A DNA stretch of 64,000 nt from Minisyncoccota bacterium (GCA_041665925.1 JBAYHW010000005.1:13819-77818); one strand, 5' to 3'. Positions 18,512 to 29,716 are shown, counted from the first letter of the stretch. Notes: a model not told the origin generated them from the sequence alone. Translations and numbers: made by a program.

Positions 18512-19216
18512 ATGTCCGACAACAAAACAGGAACAATTCATCCACTGACACTTCTAGCTGATGAGGCATATCAGACTTTTTCGGAGCTGGGTTTTGAAAT
18601 TGTTACTGGACCAGAGCTAGAAAGTGAGTGGTATAACTTTGACGTGTTGAATGTTCCGAAAGACCACCCCGCTAGAGATATGCAAGATACATTTGTAATA
18701 AAGAATGAAAAGGAAAAAGTTTTACGTACTCACACTACGGCGGTCATTGCTAGAGCAATGGAACAAGCTGGCAAAGACGGCAGGATGCCTGCTGCATTTA
18801 TTTCCGTGGGGAAAGTTTTTCGTAACGAAGCTACCGACTTTTCTCACGAGATGCAATTTTATCAGATTGACGGCGGCATGATTGGAGAAAACATATCCTT
18901 GGCGAATTTAAAAGGCGTGCTCACGCATTTCTATAAAAAAATGTTAGGGGATGAGGTAGAGGTAGAATTTCGACCGAGCTTCTTCCCATTTACCGAGCCG
19001 TCAATAGAAGTCTTTGCTAAATTTAACGGTAAATGGCTTGAAATGATGGGCGCTGGTATGGCGCATCCAAATGTATTAAAAAACATCGGCTTGGATCCTA
19101 AGAAATATCAATGCCTGCTCTTCGGTGGGGGGCTCGACCGCATAGCGATGATAAAGTGGGGGGTGCCAGATGTCCGGCTTTTTTATCAAGGAGATTTACG
19201 CTTGAACCAAATTTAA
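18512..19216 (+). CDS. pheS: Phenylalanyl-tRNA synthetase alpha subunit (minimal catalytic core, 234 aa)
   Basis: Class II motifs FRPSFFPFTEPSIEV and GAGMAHPNVL. Confidence 0.85.
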   Translation: MSDNKTGTIHPLTLLADEAYQTFSELGFEIVTGPELESEWYNFDVLNVPKDHPARDMQDTFVIKNEKEKVLRTHTTAVIARAMEQAGKDGRMPAAFISVGKVFRNEATDFSHEMQFYQIDGGMIGENISLANLKGVLTHFYKKMLGDEVEVEFRPSFFPFTEPSIEVFAKFNGKWLEMMGAGMAHPNVLKNIGLDPKKYQCLLFGGGLDRIAMIKWGVPDVRLFYQGDLRLNQI

Positions 19217-19219
19217 TTT

Positions 19220-21028
19220 ATGAAATATTCTTACAACTGGCTGAAATGGTATATTCCAGATGCTCCAGAACCAGAAAAATTGGCGGATATTTTTACCTAC
19301 CACTTAGCCGAAGTTGAGAATTTAGAAAAATTACCGGATGGGGATACTGTTTTTGATATTAAAATTCTTCCAAATCGTGCACATGACCTACTTTCACATC
19401 AAGGCCTGGCACGAGAACTTTCTTCGCTTTTAAATATTGCATTTGTTGATCCGACGCCGAAATACAAAATCCCTGAATCTAAACCAAGTGATTTAAAAAT
19501 TGAAATAGAGAGCGAGAAATGCCGAAGATATTCTGGAAGAATAATTCGTAATGTAAAAGTGGGCCCAAGTCCAGAGTGGGTAGTAAAACATCTAGAATCT
19601 ATCGGGCAGAGAAGTATAAATAATATGGTGGATGCGGCGAATCTAGTGATGTTTGATTGCGGACAGCCGACGCACATTTTTGATTTAGATAAAGTACAAG
19701 AAAAGCTAGTGATTAGACAAGCCAAGGAGGGAGAAGAATTAACTACCTTAGATAATAAGGAATGTAAATTCAAATCGGCAGATATGGTCATCGCTGATGC
19801 AGAGAGGGCTCTCGCAGTTGCGGGGATTAAGGGAGGGAAGATAGCAGAGGTAGATAATAATACTAAAAACATTATTCTTGAGGTAGCGAATTTTGATCCG
19901 ACAGCTGTGCGCAAAACTGCACAATCATTAAATATATTTACAGATGCTAGAAAGCGTTTTGAAAATGACTTGTCACCAGAGCTTGTGTCGTACGCCATGC
20001 GAGAACTTTCGGCGCTTATTTTAGAAATGTGCCCTGAGGCTATTTTTGAAGATGTGGTGGATGTGTATCCAAAAAAGCAAGAACAACAAAAATTGAAATT
20101 CAGAACAGAGAAAATTTCAAAAGTTTTAGGGCTAGAAGTTTCCGTGGAAGAGATTAAGGATATTTTAAAAAGATACAATTTTTCATATACAGAAAAAGGG
20201 GGAGAATTTGAAATAGAGGTGCCCCACATGCGCTTGGATTTAAATATCGAAGAAGATATGGCTGAAGAAATAGGGCGAGTAATAGGCTACGATAAACTAA
20301 AAGGAGTGGTATCACATGTGGATTTCAAACCTAAGCAAAATGAGCTGTATACGAAAATAGTTTGGGCTAGGAATAAACTTAAAGAAGAGGGTTATAGCGA
20401 AAGCATGACCACAAGCTTTGCCAATAAGGGAGAAGTGGAGGTTATGGCTTCAGCTTCTGATAAAAATTTCTTACGCACGAATTTAACAGATGGACTAAAA
20501 GAAAGTATTAAATTAAATCAGACCAATGCTCCGCTTTTGGGGTTAGAAAAGATAAAAGTTTTTGAAATTGGGACAATATTTAAAAAGAGTGGGGAAGAAA
20601 TGCATATTGCTTACGGAGATAAAAAAGAGATAAAAGAAATAACATTAGATGAATATACTTCACAGATGGAGAAAAATTCTGTCGCTTTACCCGCAAGCGG
20701 GCTCCGACACGAGCAAAATTTTTCTCCATCTGCTTCACCAGTTTTTAAAATGTGGTCATTGTTTCCATTTATTGCGCGCGATGTTGCAGTGTGGGTGTCG
20801 GATACAGTCGAAAGTAATCAAGTTCTTAAAGTAATAAAGGAGAATGCTGGTGACATGGTAGTTCGAGGGCCGGAGCTTTTTGATGAATTTAAAAAAGATG
20901 GTAAAGTTTCCTATGCGTTTAGAATTGTTTTTCAGTCTTATGACAGAACTCTCACGGACACAGAAATAAATGAAGTGATGAACAAAATCTCTGAAAAAAT
21001 CAAAGCTAATGGTTGGGAAGTGAGGTAA
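19220..21028 (+). CDS. pheT: Phenylalanyl-tRNA synthetase beta subunit (reduced, 602 aa)
   Basis: B3/B4 and B5 domain signatures and a C-terminal FDX-ACB-like region. It immediately follows pheS. Confidence 0.85.
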   Translation: MKYSYNWLKWYIPDAPEPEKLADIFTYHLAEVENLEKLPDGDTVFDIKILPNRAHDLLSHQGLARELSSLLNIAFVDPTPKYKIPESKPSDLKIEIESEKCRRYSGRIIRNVKVGPSPEWVVKHLESIGQRSINNMVDAANLVMFDCGQPTHIFDLDKVQEKLVIRQAKEGEELTTLDNKECKFKSADMVIADAERALAVAGIKGGKIAEVDNNTKNIILEVANFDPTAVRKTAQSLNIFTDARKRFENDLSPELVSYAMRELSALILEMCPEAIFEDVVDVYPKKQEQQKLKFRTEKISKVLGLEVSVEEIKDILKRYNFSYTEKGGEFEIEVPHMRLDLNIEEDMAEEIGRVIGYDKLKGVVSHVDFKPKQNELYTKIVWARNKLKEEGYSESMTTSFANKGEVEVMASASDKNFLRTNLTDGLKESIKLNQTNAPLLGLEKIKVFEIGTIFKKSGEEMHIAYGDKKEIKEITLDEYTSQMEKNSVALPASGLRHEQNFSPSASPVFKMWSLFPFIARDVAVWVSDTVESNQVLKVIKENAGDMVVRGPELFDEFKKDGKVSYAFRIVFQSYDRTLTDTEINEVMNKISEKIKANGWEVR

Positions 21029-21065
21029 TTTCTATCCTATTTATATTTGTTTTGTATAATGGTAC

Positions 21066-21321
21066 ACTTTTATTTGGATGAAAGGGGGTGATACAATGCT
21101 GAGTGACCGGAGACACTGGCGAGAGGCTCAGAGTCGAGACGACCAAAATAAATGGTCTCGACTCCCTGGGGCCACGGTGTCCGTCGCTTCTCTCCTTCCC
21201 GACGGGGAGGGAGCGAAGACCGAGAATTGTCTCCCCGACGATTCTCCCTCCGATGAACAGTCGGAGGAAAGCTAGGGGACCAGGAGGCTGTCGCATCTGC
21301 GGCCGCCTCCTCTTCTTTTTT
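21066..21321 (+). ncRNA. GC-rich, highly structured transcription unit of about 255 nt with its own -10 box and intrinsic terminator. Candidate novel structured ncRNA. It alternatively encodes an acidic 59-aa ORF (21096-21275) preceded by the SD AAAGGGGGTGAT.
   Basis: TATAAT at 21055-21060 with an upstream TG. Perfect 10-bp hairpin GAGTCGAGAC/GTCTCGACTC. A 13-bp helix CTCCTTCCC-GACG-GGGAGGGAG. A CCTCCGA/TCGGAGG helix. Terminator AGGAGGC...GCCTCCT plus T-run at 21282-21321. About 60% GC against about 40% in the flanks. Confidence 0.45.
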
Positions 21322-21385
21322 ACCCAATTTTACAACACAAAATTCGCTAAAAATCACTAGCAAAATATATAGGTTTTTGGTATAA

Positions 21386-23476
<2,091 letters not shown>

Positions 23477-23482
23477 TTAAAC

Positions 23483-23509
23483 AAAAAATCCCCAAACGGG
23501 GATTTTTTG
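23483..23509. terminator. Bidirectional intrinsic terminator (AAAAAATCCCC-AAAC-GGGGATTTTTT) between the convergent genes gyrB and thrS
   Basis: Symmetric hairpin with A and T tracts on both sides. Confidence 0.8.
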
Positions 23510-23510
23510 T

Positions 23511-25238
23511 TTATTTTTTATTCTTAATTTCTTCTAAAAGTTTTGAGATAAGTTCTTCTTTTGAAATTTGGCCTAGCTGGCCGGCGTCTCGGCATTCCAA
23601 AGTAATTTTGTTTGCTTCAATTTCTTTATCGCCGATAACTATCCAGTAAGGGAGCTTGTTATTTTTAGCATCGCGGACTTTGCCCCCCAAGTTTCCATCA
23701 TTATCATCTAGTTCAGCGCGAATATTATTTTCTTTCAATAACTCAAAAACCTTTCTAGCTTCAGCGTTATGATTTTCGCGAACAGGGATGACTTTCACCT
23801 GCACTGGTGCGAGCCAGAGAGGGAAGGCGCCGGCGGTGTGTTCTACGAGAATTCCGATGAATCTCTCCAGAGATCCATAAATTACCCTGTGTATTGCTAC
23901 AGGTCTTTTTCTTGTGCCATCTTTATCCATATATTCTAGTTCAAAACGCTGTGGTTGCTGAAAATCTAATTGAATAGTACCCATTTGCCAATCACGACCA
24001 ATTGCATCTTTCATTATGATGTCTATTTTAGGTCCATAAAATGCGCCATCTCCTTCAGCGACAGAATATTCCTTATCTGATTTTTCTAAAACATTTCGGA
24101 GGGCTTGTTCGGCCTTATTCCAAGTTTCTATTTCACCCAAAAAGCTTTCTGGGCGGGTTCCTAACCTGAAACGATATTCCAAATTAAATATTCCATAGAA
24201 TTCTTTACAAATTTCCATAATAGATCGGTATTCATCTTCTATCATGTCTTCGCTGACATAATTGTGAGAATCGTCTTGCTGGAAAGAGCGACAGCGGAGG
24301 AGGCCATTCAATGTTCCTGATCTTTCATATCTATGAAGTCTATCAGTATCTGACAAGCGGAGGGGCAGGTCTTTATAACTCACTTGCATGGATTTGAACA
24401 CTACCATGGCGTTCGGACAATTCATTGGCTTGATACCATAAACTTCATTTTCTCCCATGTCTGCAATGAACATGTCATCTTTATAGTGGTCCCAGTGTCC
24501 AGATGTTTTCCAGAGATCAGATTTATTTACTAATGGGCTTGCAATTTCTAAATAACCAAGTTCATTGTGCCTTTTGCGCCAATAGTTTTCTAACTCTTTA
24601 TATAAGATTAAACCTTTAGGTAACCAATACGGCATTCCTGGAGAAGTTTCATGGAACATAAAAAGCCCTAGCTCGCGGCCAAGTTTCTTATGGTCCCTTT
24701 TTTCTGCTTCCTCTCTTTGTGCTAGATAAGCATCTAGTTCTTCTTTATTTTTGAAAGCTAATCCGTAAATACGGGTGAGCATTTTATTTTTTTCATCTCC
24801 ACGCCAGTATGCTCCGGCTATGCGGTCGAGCTTGAAAGAGTCAGGTAGTACTTCATCCATATTCTCCACATGTCCGCCCTTACATAAATCCCAGTAACTC
24901 CCAGATTTATAAAAAGTTACCTTTTGTCCTTCTTTAGTAAATTCATCTATTAGTTCTGCCTTGTAGGGGTTGCCTGGGTATTCTTTTTTTGCTTCGTTAC
25001 CAGAGAGTTCATGTTTTTCGAATTTCTTCCAAGTAGGTAAAATTTTATGCATTACCTTCTCTATCTTTGGTAAGTCCGCATCCGAAAGGGGGCTAGAGAA
25101 TTCAAAGTCGAAATAAAAACCATTATCTATCGCTGGGCCAATGGTGCGCTTGGTATCTGGGTAGAGTTCCATAACTGCTGCGGCGAGTAGGTGAGCCAAT
25201 GAATGCCTTAAATTGTGCAATTTATCAGGGTTTTCCAT
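23511..25238 (-). CDS. thrS: Threonyl-tRNA synthetase (short form, 575 aa)
   Basis: Class II catalytic core and anticodon-binding domain. The HxxxH/CxxxH-type zinc site region matches ThrRS. Confidence 0.88.
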   Translation of the reverse strand: MENPDKLHNLRHSLAHLLAAAVMELYPDTKRTIGPAIDNGFYFDFEFSSPLSDADLPKIEKVMHKILPTWKKFEKHELSGNEAKKEYPGNPYKAELIDEFTKEGQKVTFYKSGSYWDLCKGGHVENMDEVLPDSFKLDRIAGAYWRGDEKNKMLTRIYGLAFKNKEELDAYLAQREEAEKRDHKKLGRELGLFMFHETSPGMPYWLPKGLILYKELENYWRKRHNELGYLEIASPLVNKSDLWKTSGHWDHYKDDMFIADMGENEVYGIKPMNCPNAMVVFKSMQVSYKDLPLRLSDTDRLHRYERSGTLNGLLRCRSFQQDDSHNYVSEDMIEDEYRSIMEICKEFYGIFNLEYRFRLGTRPESFLGEIETWNKAEQALRNVLEKSDKEYSVAEGDGAFYGPKIDIIMKDAIGRDWQMGTIQLDFQQPQRFELEYMDKDGTRKRPVAIHRVIYGSLERFIGILVEHTAGAFPLWLAPVQVKVIPVRENHNAEARKVFELLKENNIRAELDDNDGNLGGKVRDAKNNKLPYWIVIGDKEIEANKITLECRDAGQLGQISKEELISKLLEEIKNKK

Positions 25239-25286
25239 AATATTATGACTATATCACAATTGTGGGTTTTTTTAAACCCATTTTGC

Positions 25287-25315
25287 TTGACAAAAAATTT
25301 TTTAGGTGTAGCGTG
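25287..25315 (+). promoter_or_regulatory. Candidate sigma70 promoter (TTGACA-16 nt-TAGCGT) for the small GC-rich gene
   Basis: Consensus -35 seen at 25287-25292. The -10 is weak. Confidence 0.4.
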
Positions 25316-25344
25316 AAAACGAGTCTGTAGAAAGGAGACCGATC

Positions 25345-25488
25345 ATGACTCAGACGTACGGTGTCTTCAATCCGCCTCCGGAGTCCAAAAAAGCTCCGCG
25401 GTGGAAGATCATCGTCCTCATTCTGTCTGGGCTCGTTCTCGGTGGCGTTGGTTGGTACCAATTTGTCCACCTTGCGGCACAGCAGTAA
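25345..25488 (+). CDS. Small GC-rich single-TM peptide (47 aa), MTQTYGVFNPPPESKKAPRWKIIVLILSGLVLGGVGWYQFVHLAAQQ
   Basis: Strong SD GAAAGGAG 8 nt upstream of the ATG. A clean hydrophobic helix. A canonical terminator follows immediately. Not in the ORF track because it is under 60 aa. About 58% GC. Confidence 0.55.
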   Translation: MTQTYGVFNPPPESKKAPRWKIIVLILSGLVLGGVGWYQFVHLAAQQ

Positions 25489-25500
25489 AACGGACCAAGC

Positions 25501-25540
25501 GGGGTTGTCGCAGAACATCGCGACAACCCCACTTCTTTTC
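25501..25540 (+). terminator. Intrinsic terminator GGGGTTGTCGC-loop-GCGACAACCCC followed by CTTCTTTTC
   Basis: Perfect 11-bp stem plus a T-run, directly after the 47-aa ORF. Confidence 0.8.
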
Positions 25541-25618
25541 ACGTGACCCCCATTTTAAATGAAATACGATATATTTAGGATTTGCAATTCACCCATAATA
25601 TGCTAGTATAAAAACACT

Positions 25619-25846
25619 ATGGTAGTACGAATGAGACATACAAAATCGCATACGAAAAACAGGCGCTCGCATCATGCACTAAAGAGCACTAGTTTTACGA
25701 AGTGCGAAAACTGCAAAGCTTTAAAGCGACGACACACCGTCTGCTCTGCTTGTGGCTTTTATCGAGGGAAAAAGGTTTTAGATTTGATTAAGAAGACAGA
25801 AAAGAAGCAAAAGAAAGCCAAAGCCAAGAAAGCTGAATCCAAATAA
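25619..25846 (+). CDS. rpmF: 50S ribosomal protein L32 (bL32)
   Basis: N-terminus MVVRMRHTKSHTKNRRSHHAL and the zinc ribbon CENC...CSAC. Confidence 0.85.
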   Translation: MVVRMRHTKSHTKNRRSHHALKSTSFTKCENCKALKRRHTVCSACGFYRGKKVLDLIKKTEKKQKKAKAKKAESK

Positions 25847-25868
25847 GTAATTTTTGTTTTTTAACACA

Positions 25869-26801
25869 ATGGCAAATAGGCACCTTTCCAGATCAATAGT
25901 GCTCCAGACGCTTTTTGAGTGGGACTTCTCATCTCAAGATAAGAAAACTAAAAACCTAAATAGCGAAGAAGTACAAGAAACTTTAAAAAGAAATTTAAAA
26001 GAATTCGCTCCTGGTTTTGAGGATGATGTTTTCGTATTTTCTCTCATAGATAAGGTGTTAAAAAAACAAACAGTCATAGATGAGATTATTGGAAAAGCAG
26101 CCCCGGACTGGCCAATAGATAAAATTTCTGTCATTGATAGAAATATTTTAAGAATTGGGCTTACCGAGCTTCTTTTTGGTGATAGAAAAGAAGTGCCTCC
26201 GAAAGTGGCTATAAATGAAGCGATAGAGTTGGCGAAAACTTTTGGCGGAGAGAACTCTGGCAAATTTGTAAACGGCGTCCTCGGTGCTGTGTATAAAGAG
26301 ATAGGGGAGCCGGGTAAAGAGCAAATCAGTAAAAAGAAAAAAACAGACGAACCTGTCGATATAACAAAGTTGCCTATAGATAAAAAGGGAGGGGCTCTGG
26401 TATACGCTGACCATGATGGGAAAATAATGTTTGCCCTAGTGCACGACGTGTTTGGATACTGGACAATTTCCAAAGGAACAATTGAAGACGGAGAAAACGA
26501 AAAAGAGGCTACTATTAGGGAAATAAAAGAAGAGATAGGGCTTGATATTGAGATACAAGAAAAGTTGGGAGAGAATGAGTACGTTGCTTCTCACCCCGAA
26601 AAAGGAAAAAGTTTAAAAAAGGTGGTATATTTTTTAGCTAAAAGTGAATGTAAGGAATTAGAATTAGAAAAGTCTGGAGGCCTAGACGGAGCTCGTTGGT
26701 TTGAGCTTTCAGCTATACCCGAACTTCGAATTTATAATGATATTATCCCATTGATTAGTAAAGCAATTGAAATATTAACCACCGCCAAAGCGGGACAATA
26801 A
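25869..26801 (+). CDS. nusB: NusB antitermination factor fused to a C-terminal Nudix hydrolase domain (about 310 aa)
   Basis: The NusB fold (RHLSRSIVLQTLFEWDF ... ILRIGLTELLF) is followed by the Nudix box GTIEDGENEKEATIREIKEEIGL (Gx5Ex7REUxEExGU). Confidence 0.8.
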   Translation: MANRHLSRSIVLQTLFEWDFSSQDKKTKNLNSEEVQETLKRNLKEFAPGFEDDVFVFSLIDKVLKKQTVIDEIIGKAAPDWPIDKISVIDRNILRIGLTELLFGDRKEVPPKVAINEAIELAKTFGGENSGKFVNGVLGAVYKEIGEPGKEQISKKKKTDEPVDITKLPIDKKGGALVYADHDGKIMFALVHDVFGYWTISKGTIEDGENEKEATIREIKEEIGLDIEIQEKLGENEYVASHPEKGKSLKKVVYFLAKSECKELELEKSGGLDGARWFELSAIPELRIYNDIIPLISKAIEILTTAKAGQ

Positions 26802-27496
26802 TGATAAAATTTTCAGATTTTGAGAAAAAAATAAAAGTGGTTTTTAAAGATAAAGCATTGCTTCAGCAGTCTTTTACCCATCGTTCATATATAAATGAAA
26901 ATCCAGGAGTGTCTCTGTCTCACAATGAACGCTTAGAATTTCTGGGGGACGCTGTGCTTGAGCTTATCGTTACAGATTTTCTATATAAAAAATATCCACA
27001 ATACACCGAAGGGGAATTGACGGCAGTGCGTTCCGCGCTGGTGAATGCAATTATTATTTCTGAAATTGCTAGCGACATTGGTATGAATGACTACCTGCTT
27101 TTATCTAAAGGTGAAGCTAAAGACAATGGTAAAGCAAGACAATATATCCTAGCCAATACTTATGAAGCTGTTGTTGGTGCCATGTATTTAGACCAAGGGT
27201 ATGATGTCGTGGATAAATTTGTGACACAGACTTTACTCCCAAAGACTTCGGACATAGTCAGTAAAAAACTCTGGCGTGATGCGAAGTCCTTAGTGCAAGA
27301 GAAAGCGCAAGAATTCGTATCTATGACGCCTGCTTATAAAGTTCTCACGCAGTCTGGCCCAGACCACGACAAACATTTTACTGTTGGTATTTATTTCGGT
27401 ACAGATTTAATCGCCGAAGGTAAAGGTAAAAGTAAGCAAGAAGCCGAACAGAAAGCAGCCGAAGCCGCTTTAAAAGTAAAAAATTGGCAAGATTAA
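26801..27496 (+). CDS. rnc: Ribonuclease III
   Basis: RNase III signature ERLEFLGDAVL and a C-terminal dsRBD. Confidence 0.92.
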   Translation: MIKFSDFEKKIKVVFKDKALLQQSFTHRSYINENPGVSLSHNERLEFLGDAVLELIVTDFLYKKYPQYTEGELTAVRSALVNAIIISEIASDIGMNDYLLLSKGEAKDNGKARQYILANTYEAVVGAMYLDQGYDVVDKFVTQTLLPKTSDIVSKKLWRDAKSLVQEKAQEFVSMTPAYKVLTQSGPDHDKHFTVGIYFGTDLIAEGKGKSKQEAEQKAAEAALKVKNWQD

Positions 27497-27514
27497 AATA
27501 AGAAAGAAATAAGG

Positions 27515-29671
27515 ATGCGCTTAAAAACACTTCAACTAAATGGTTTTAAATCTTTTGCACAAAAAACTGTTTTAGAGTTTGAGAGTCCTATCGTGTCTAT
27601 CGTGGGGCCGAATGGCTCCGGGAAGTCCAACGTTGTAGAAGCTATCCGTTTCGTCTTGGGGGAGCAATCAATGAAGTCTATGCGCGGTAAGGGGGGCTCT
27701 GACCTTGTTTTTAAGGGTTCGAAGAATCTATCTAGAGGTTCTAAGGCAGCTGTGACTATTTATTTTAATAATACTGATAAAATTTTTAAATTATCAAACG
27801 ATAACGGAGATGATATAAATTTAAATTATGATGTAATTTCGATTTCTCGTGAAGTTTATTCCGATGGGGTCAATAAATATATTTTAAACGGATCCGAAGT
27901 CAGGCTGAAAGACATACACAACTTACTCGCTTCAGTAAACATCGGCTCTTCGGGGCACCACATCATATCTCAAGGAGAAGCAGACAGAATTTTAAACGCT
28001 TCGGCTCGCGATAAAAAAGAAATGGTAGAAGACGCACTCGGGCTTAAGATTTATCAATACAAAATAAAAGAATCCGAAAGAAAACTAGAAAAGACCACAG
28101 AAAATATGAAAGAGGTGACTATGCTCCGAAGGGAGAATGCACCCCACTTGAAATTCCTAGAAAAACAAGTAGAGAAATTTGAAAAGGCTAAGGAAATGCA
28201 AACAAGTCTGGCTAATCTATACCGAGAATACTTAAGCAAAGAAAGCATTTATATAGAAAATGAAAAGGAAAACCTATCACGAGAGAGGAACAAATTGTCG
28301 GAAGAACTGCGAGGTATAAATATAAAAATTTCTGCCACCGAAGATACTAATAAGCAAGAAAATAAAAAGATTGAGGAATTGCGAATAGTGGAGCAGAGGG
28401 TCAACGGAATCCGTGGAGCGAAGGGAGAGCTCGAGCGCAAGCTAGGGAGAATTGAAGGAATATTAGAATCAAGAGAGAATAAAGTAAAAGTCGCCGGAAA
28501 ATGCCCACTCTGTGGTAGTGAGATAAAAGAAGGAGCAGAACAAATAGAGAAAAAGCATAACGAAGAGAAAGAGCTGGAAGAATTGAAAATTTCACAGGCT
28601 AATACTGTGGCCGAGATTAGAAAAATTGAAGGAGAAGAAAAAGAGGGGATTCAAATTATTGAAAATCTCAAACAAGCAATAAATACAGAGATGGAAGCCT
28701 TGCGTGACTTAGAGCGTGAGAAATTCGCCTTTAAAGTAAGACACCAAGAGCTTTCTTCGGCGCTTGAGCTCGTAGTTATCAAAGAGGCGAACCTAAAGAA
28801 CAGAAAAGAAGCCTTCGAAAACGAGATAAAAGAGGGTGGGGCATTAATTGGCTCGGACATTTTTTCATATAAGAATTATACAGTTGAAGAAAAAGTAGAA
28901 CACGAGACTCAAGAAGAATTAAAAAAGAAAATAGAACGTATAAAGATAAAGCTTGAAGATGCAGGCATGGGCAATGGGGCGGAATTGATGAAAGAATTTG
29001 AACAAGTTTCTGAGCGAGATCAATTCTTAGCCAAGGAGCTTGAAGACTTAGAGAAGAGCATAGAATCTTTAGAAAAACTTATTGTAGATCTGAAAGAAAA
29101 GATAGATTTAGAATTTAAAGAAGGGGTCAAGAAAATAAATGTGGAATTTCAAGAATTTTTCTCACTGATGTTCGGCGGGGGGCACGGAGCGCTTTCAATT
29201 GTCGTAGAAAATAAAAAGTCCCGACGCCCTGCGGGGTCGGGATCCCGACCTGATGCGTCGGGAAAATTTGAAGACGAGGAGTTTGAATTTGAAGACGACG
29301 AAGAAATAGTTTTCGAACAGGGGATAGAGATAAATGTGTCCTTGCCTCACAAAAAAGTCAAAGATTTACATGCGTTTTCGGGAGGAGAAAGATCCCTTAC
29401 ATCCATCGCGCTTCTCTTCGCTATGTCTCAAGTCAATCCGCCGCCATTTCTAGTTCTTGATGAGACAGATGCCGCACTCGATGAAGCCAATTCTCGAAAA
29501 TATGGAGATATGCTAGAAAAACTCTCTAAGCAATCTCAACTCATCGTGGTTACTCACAACAGAGAGACGATGTCTCGAGCTGGAGTGCTCTACGGCGTCA
29601 CCATAGGTGGCGACGGTGCTTCCAAACTTCTCTCTGTGAAGTTCGAAGAAGCCACCCAGATTGCTAAATAG
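27515..29671 (+). CDS. smc: Miniaturised SMC-family ATPase (718 aa) with a CxxC zinc-hook-like apex instead of a hinge
   Basis: N-terminal Walker A MRLKTLQLNGFKSFAQKTVLEFESPIVSIVGPNGSGKSNVVEAIRFVLGEQS. C-terminal signature and D-loop FSGGERSLTSIALLFA...FLVLDETDAALDE. Mid-coiled-coil AGKCPLCGSEI. It sits in the conserved rnc-smc position. Confidence 0.8.
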   Translation: MRLKTLQLNGFKSFAQKTVLEFESPIVSIVGPNGSGKSNVVEAIRFVLGEQSMKSMRGKGGSDLVFKGSKNLSRGSKAAVTIYFNNTDKIFKLSNDNGDDINLNYDVISISREVYSDGVNKYILNGSEVRLKDIHNLLASVNIGSSGHHIISQGEADRILNASARDKKEMVEDALGLKIYQYKIKESERKLEKTTENMKEVTMLRRENAPHLKFLEKQVEKFEKAKEMQTSLANLYREYLSKESIYIENEKENLSRERNKLSEELRGINIKISATEDTNKQENKKIEELRIVEQRVNGIRGAKGELERKLGRIEGILESRENKVKVAGKCPLCGSEIKEGAEQIEKKHNEEKELEELKISQANTVAEIRKIEGEEKEGIQIIENLKQAINTEMEALRDLEREKFAFKVRHQELSSALELVVIKEANLKNRKEAFENEIKEGGALIGSDIFSYKNYTVEEKVEHETQEELKKKIERIKIKLEDAGMGNGAELMKEFEQVSERDQFLAKELEDLEKSIESLEKLIVDLKEKIDLEFKEGVKKINVEFQEFFSLMFGGGHGALSIVVENKKSRRPAGSGSRPDASGKFEDEEFEFEDDEEIVFEQGIEINVSLPHKKVKDLHAFSGGERSLTSIALLFAMSQVNPPPFLVLDETDAALDEANSRKYGDMLEKLSKQSQLIVVTHNRETMSRAGVLYGVTIGGDGASKLLSVKFEEATQIAK

Positions 29672-29716
29672 AAATAGAGTGTTAATCTTTACCTTGGGTA
29701 GCAGGAAGGAGAAACG

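Noticed and set aside
21066-21321. Assignment of the GC-rich element to RNase P RNA, SRP RNA, tmRNA, 6S RNA or a TPP/glycine/cobalamin riboswitch
   Set aside because: There are partial similarities (GGAGGAAAG versus RNase P CR-I; GGGGGUG...CUGAG versus the thi-box). Key consensus blocks are missing: no GNRA-capped SRP helix 8 with AGCAG, no tRNA-like tmRNA 3' end, no P4 pairing partner, no GCCACUG B12 box. The length and position do not fit either. Left as an unknown family.
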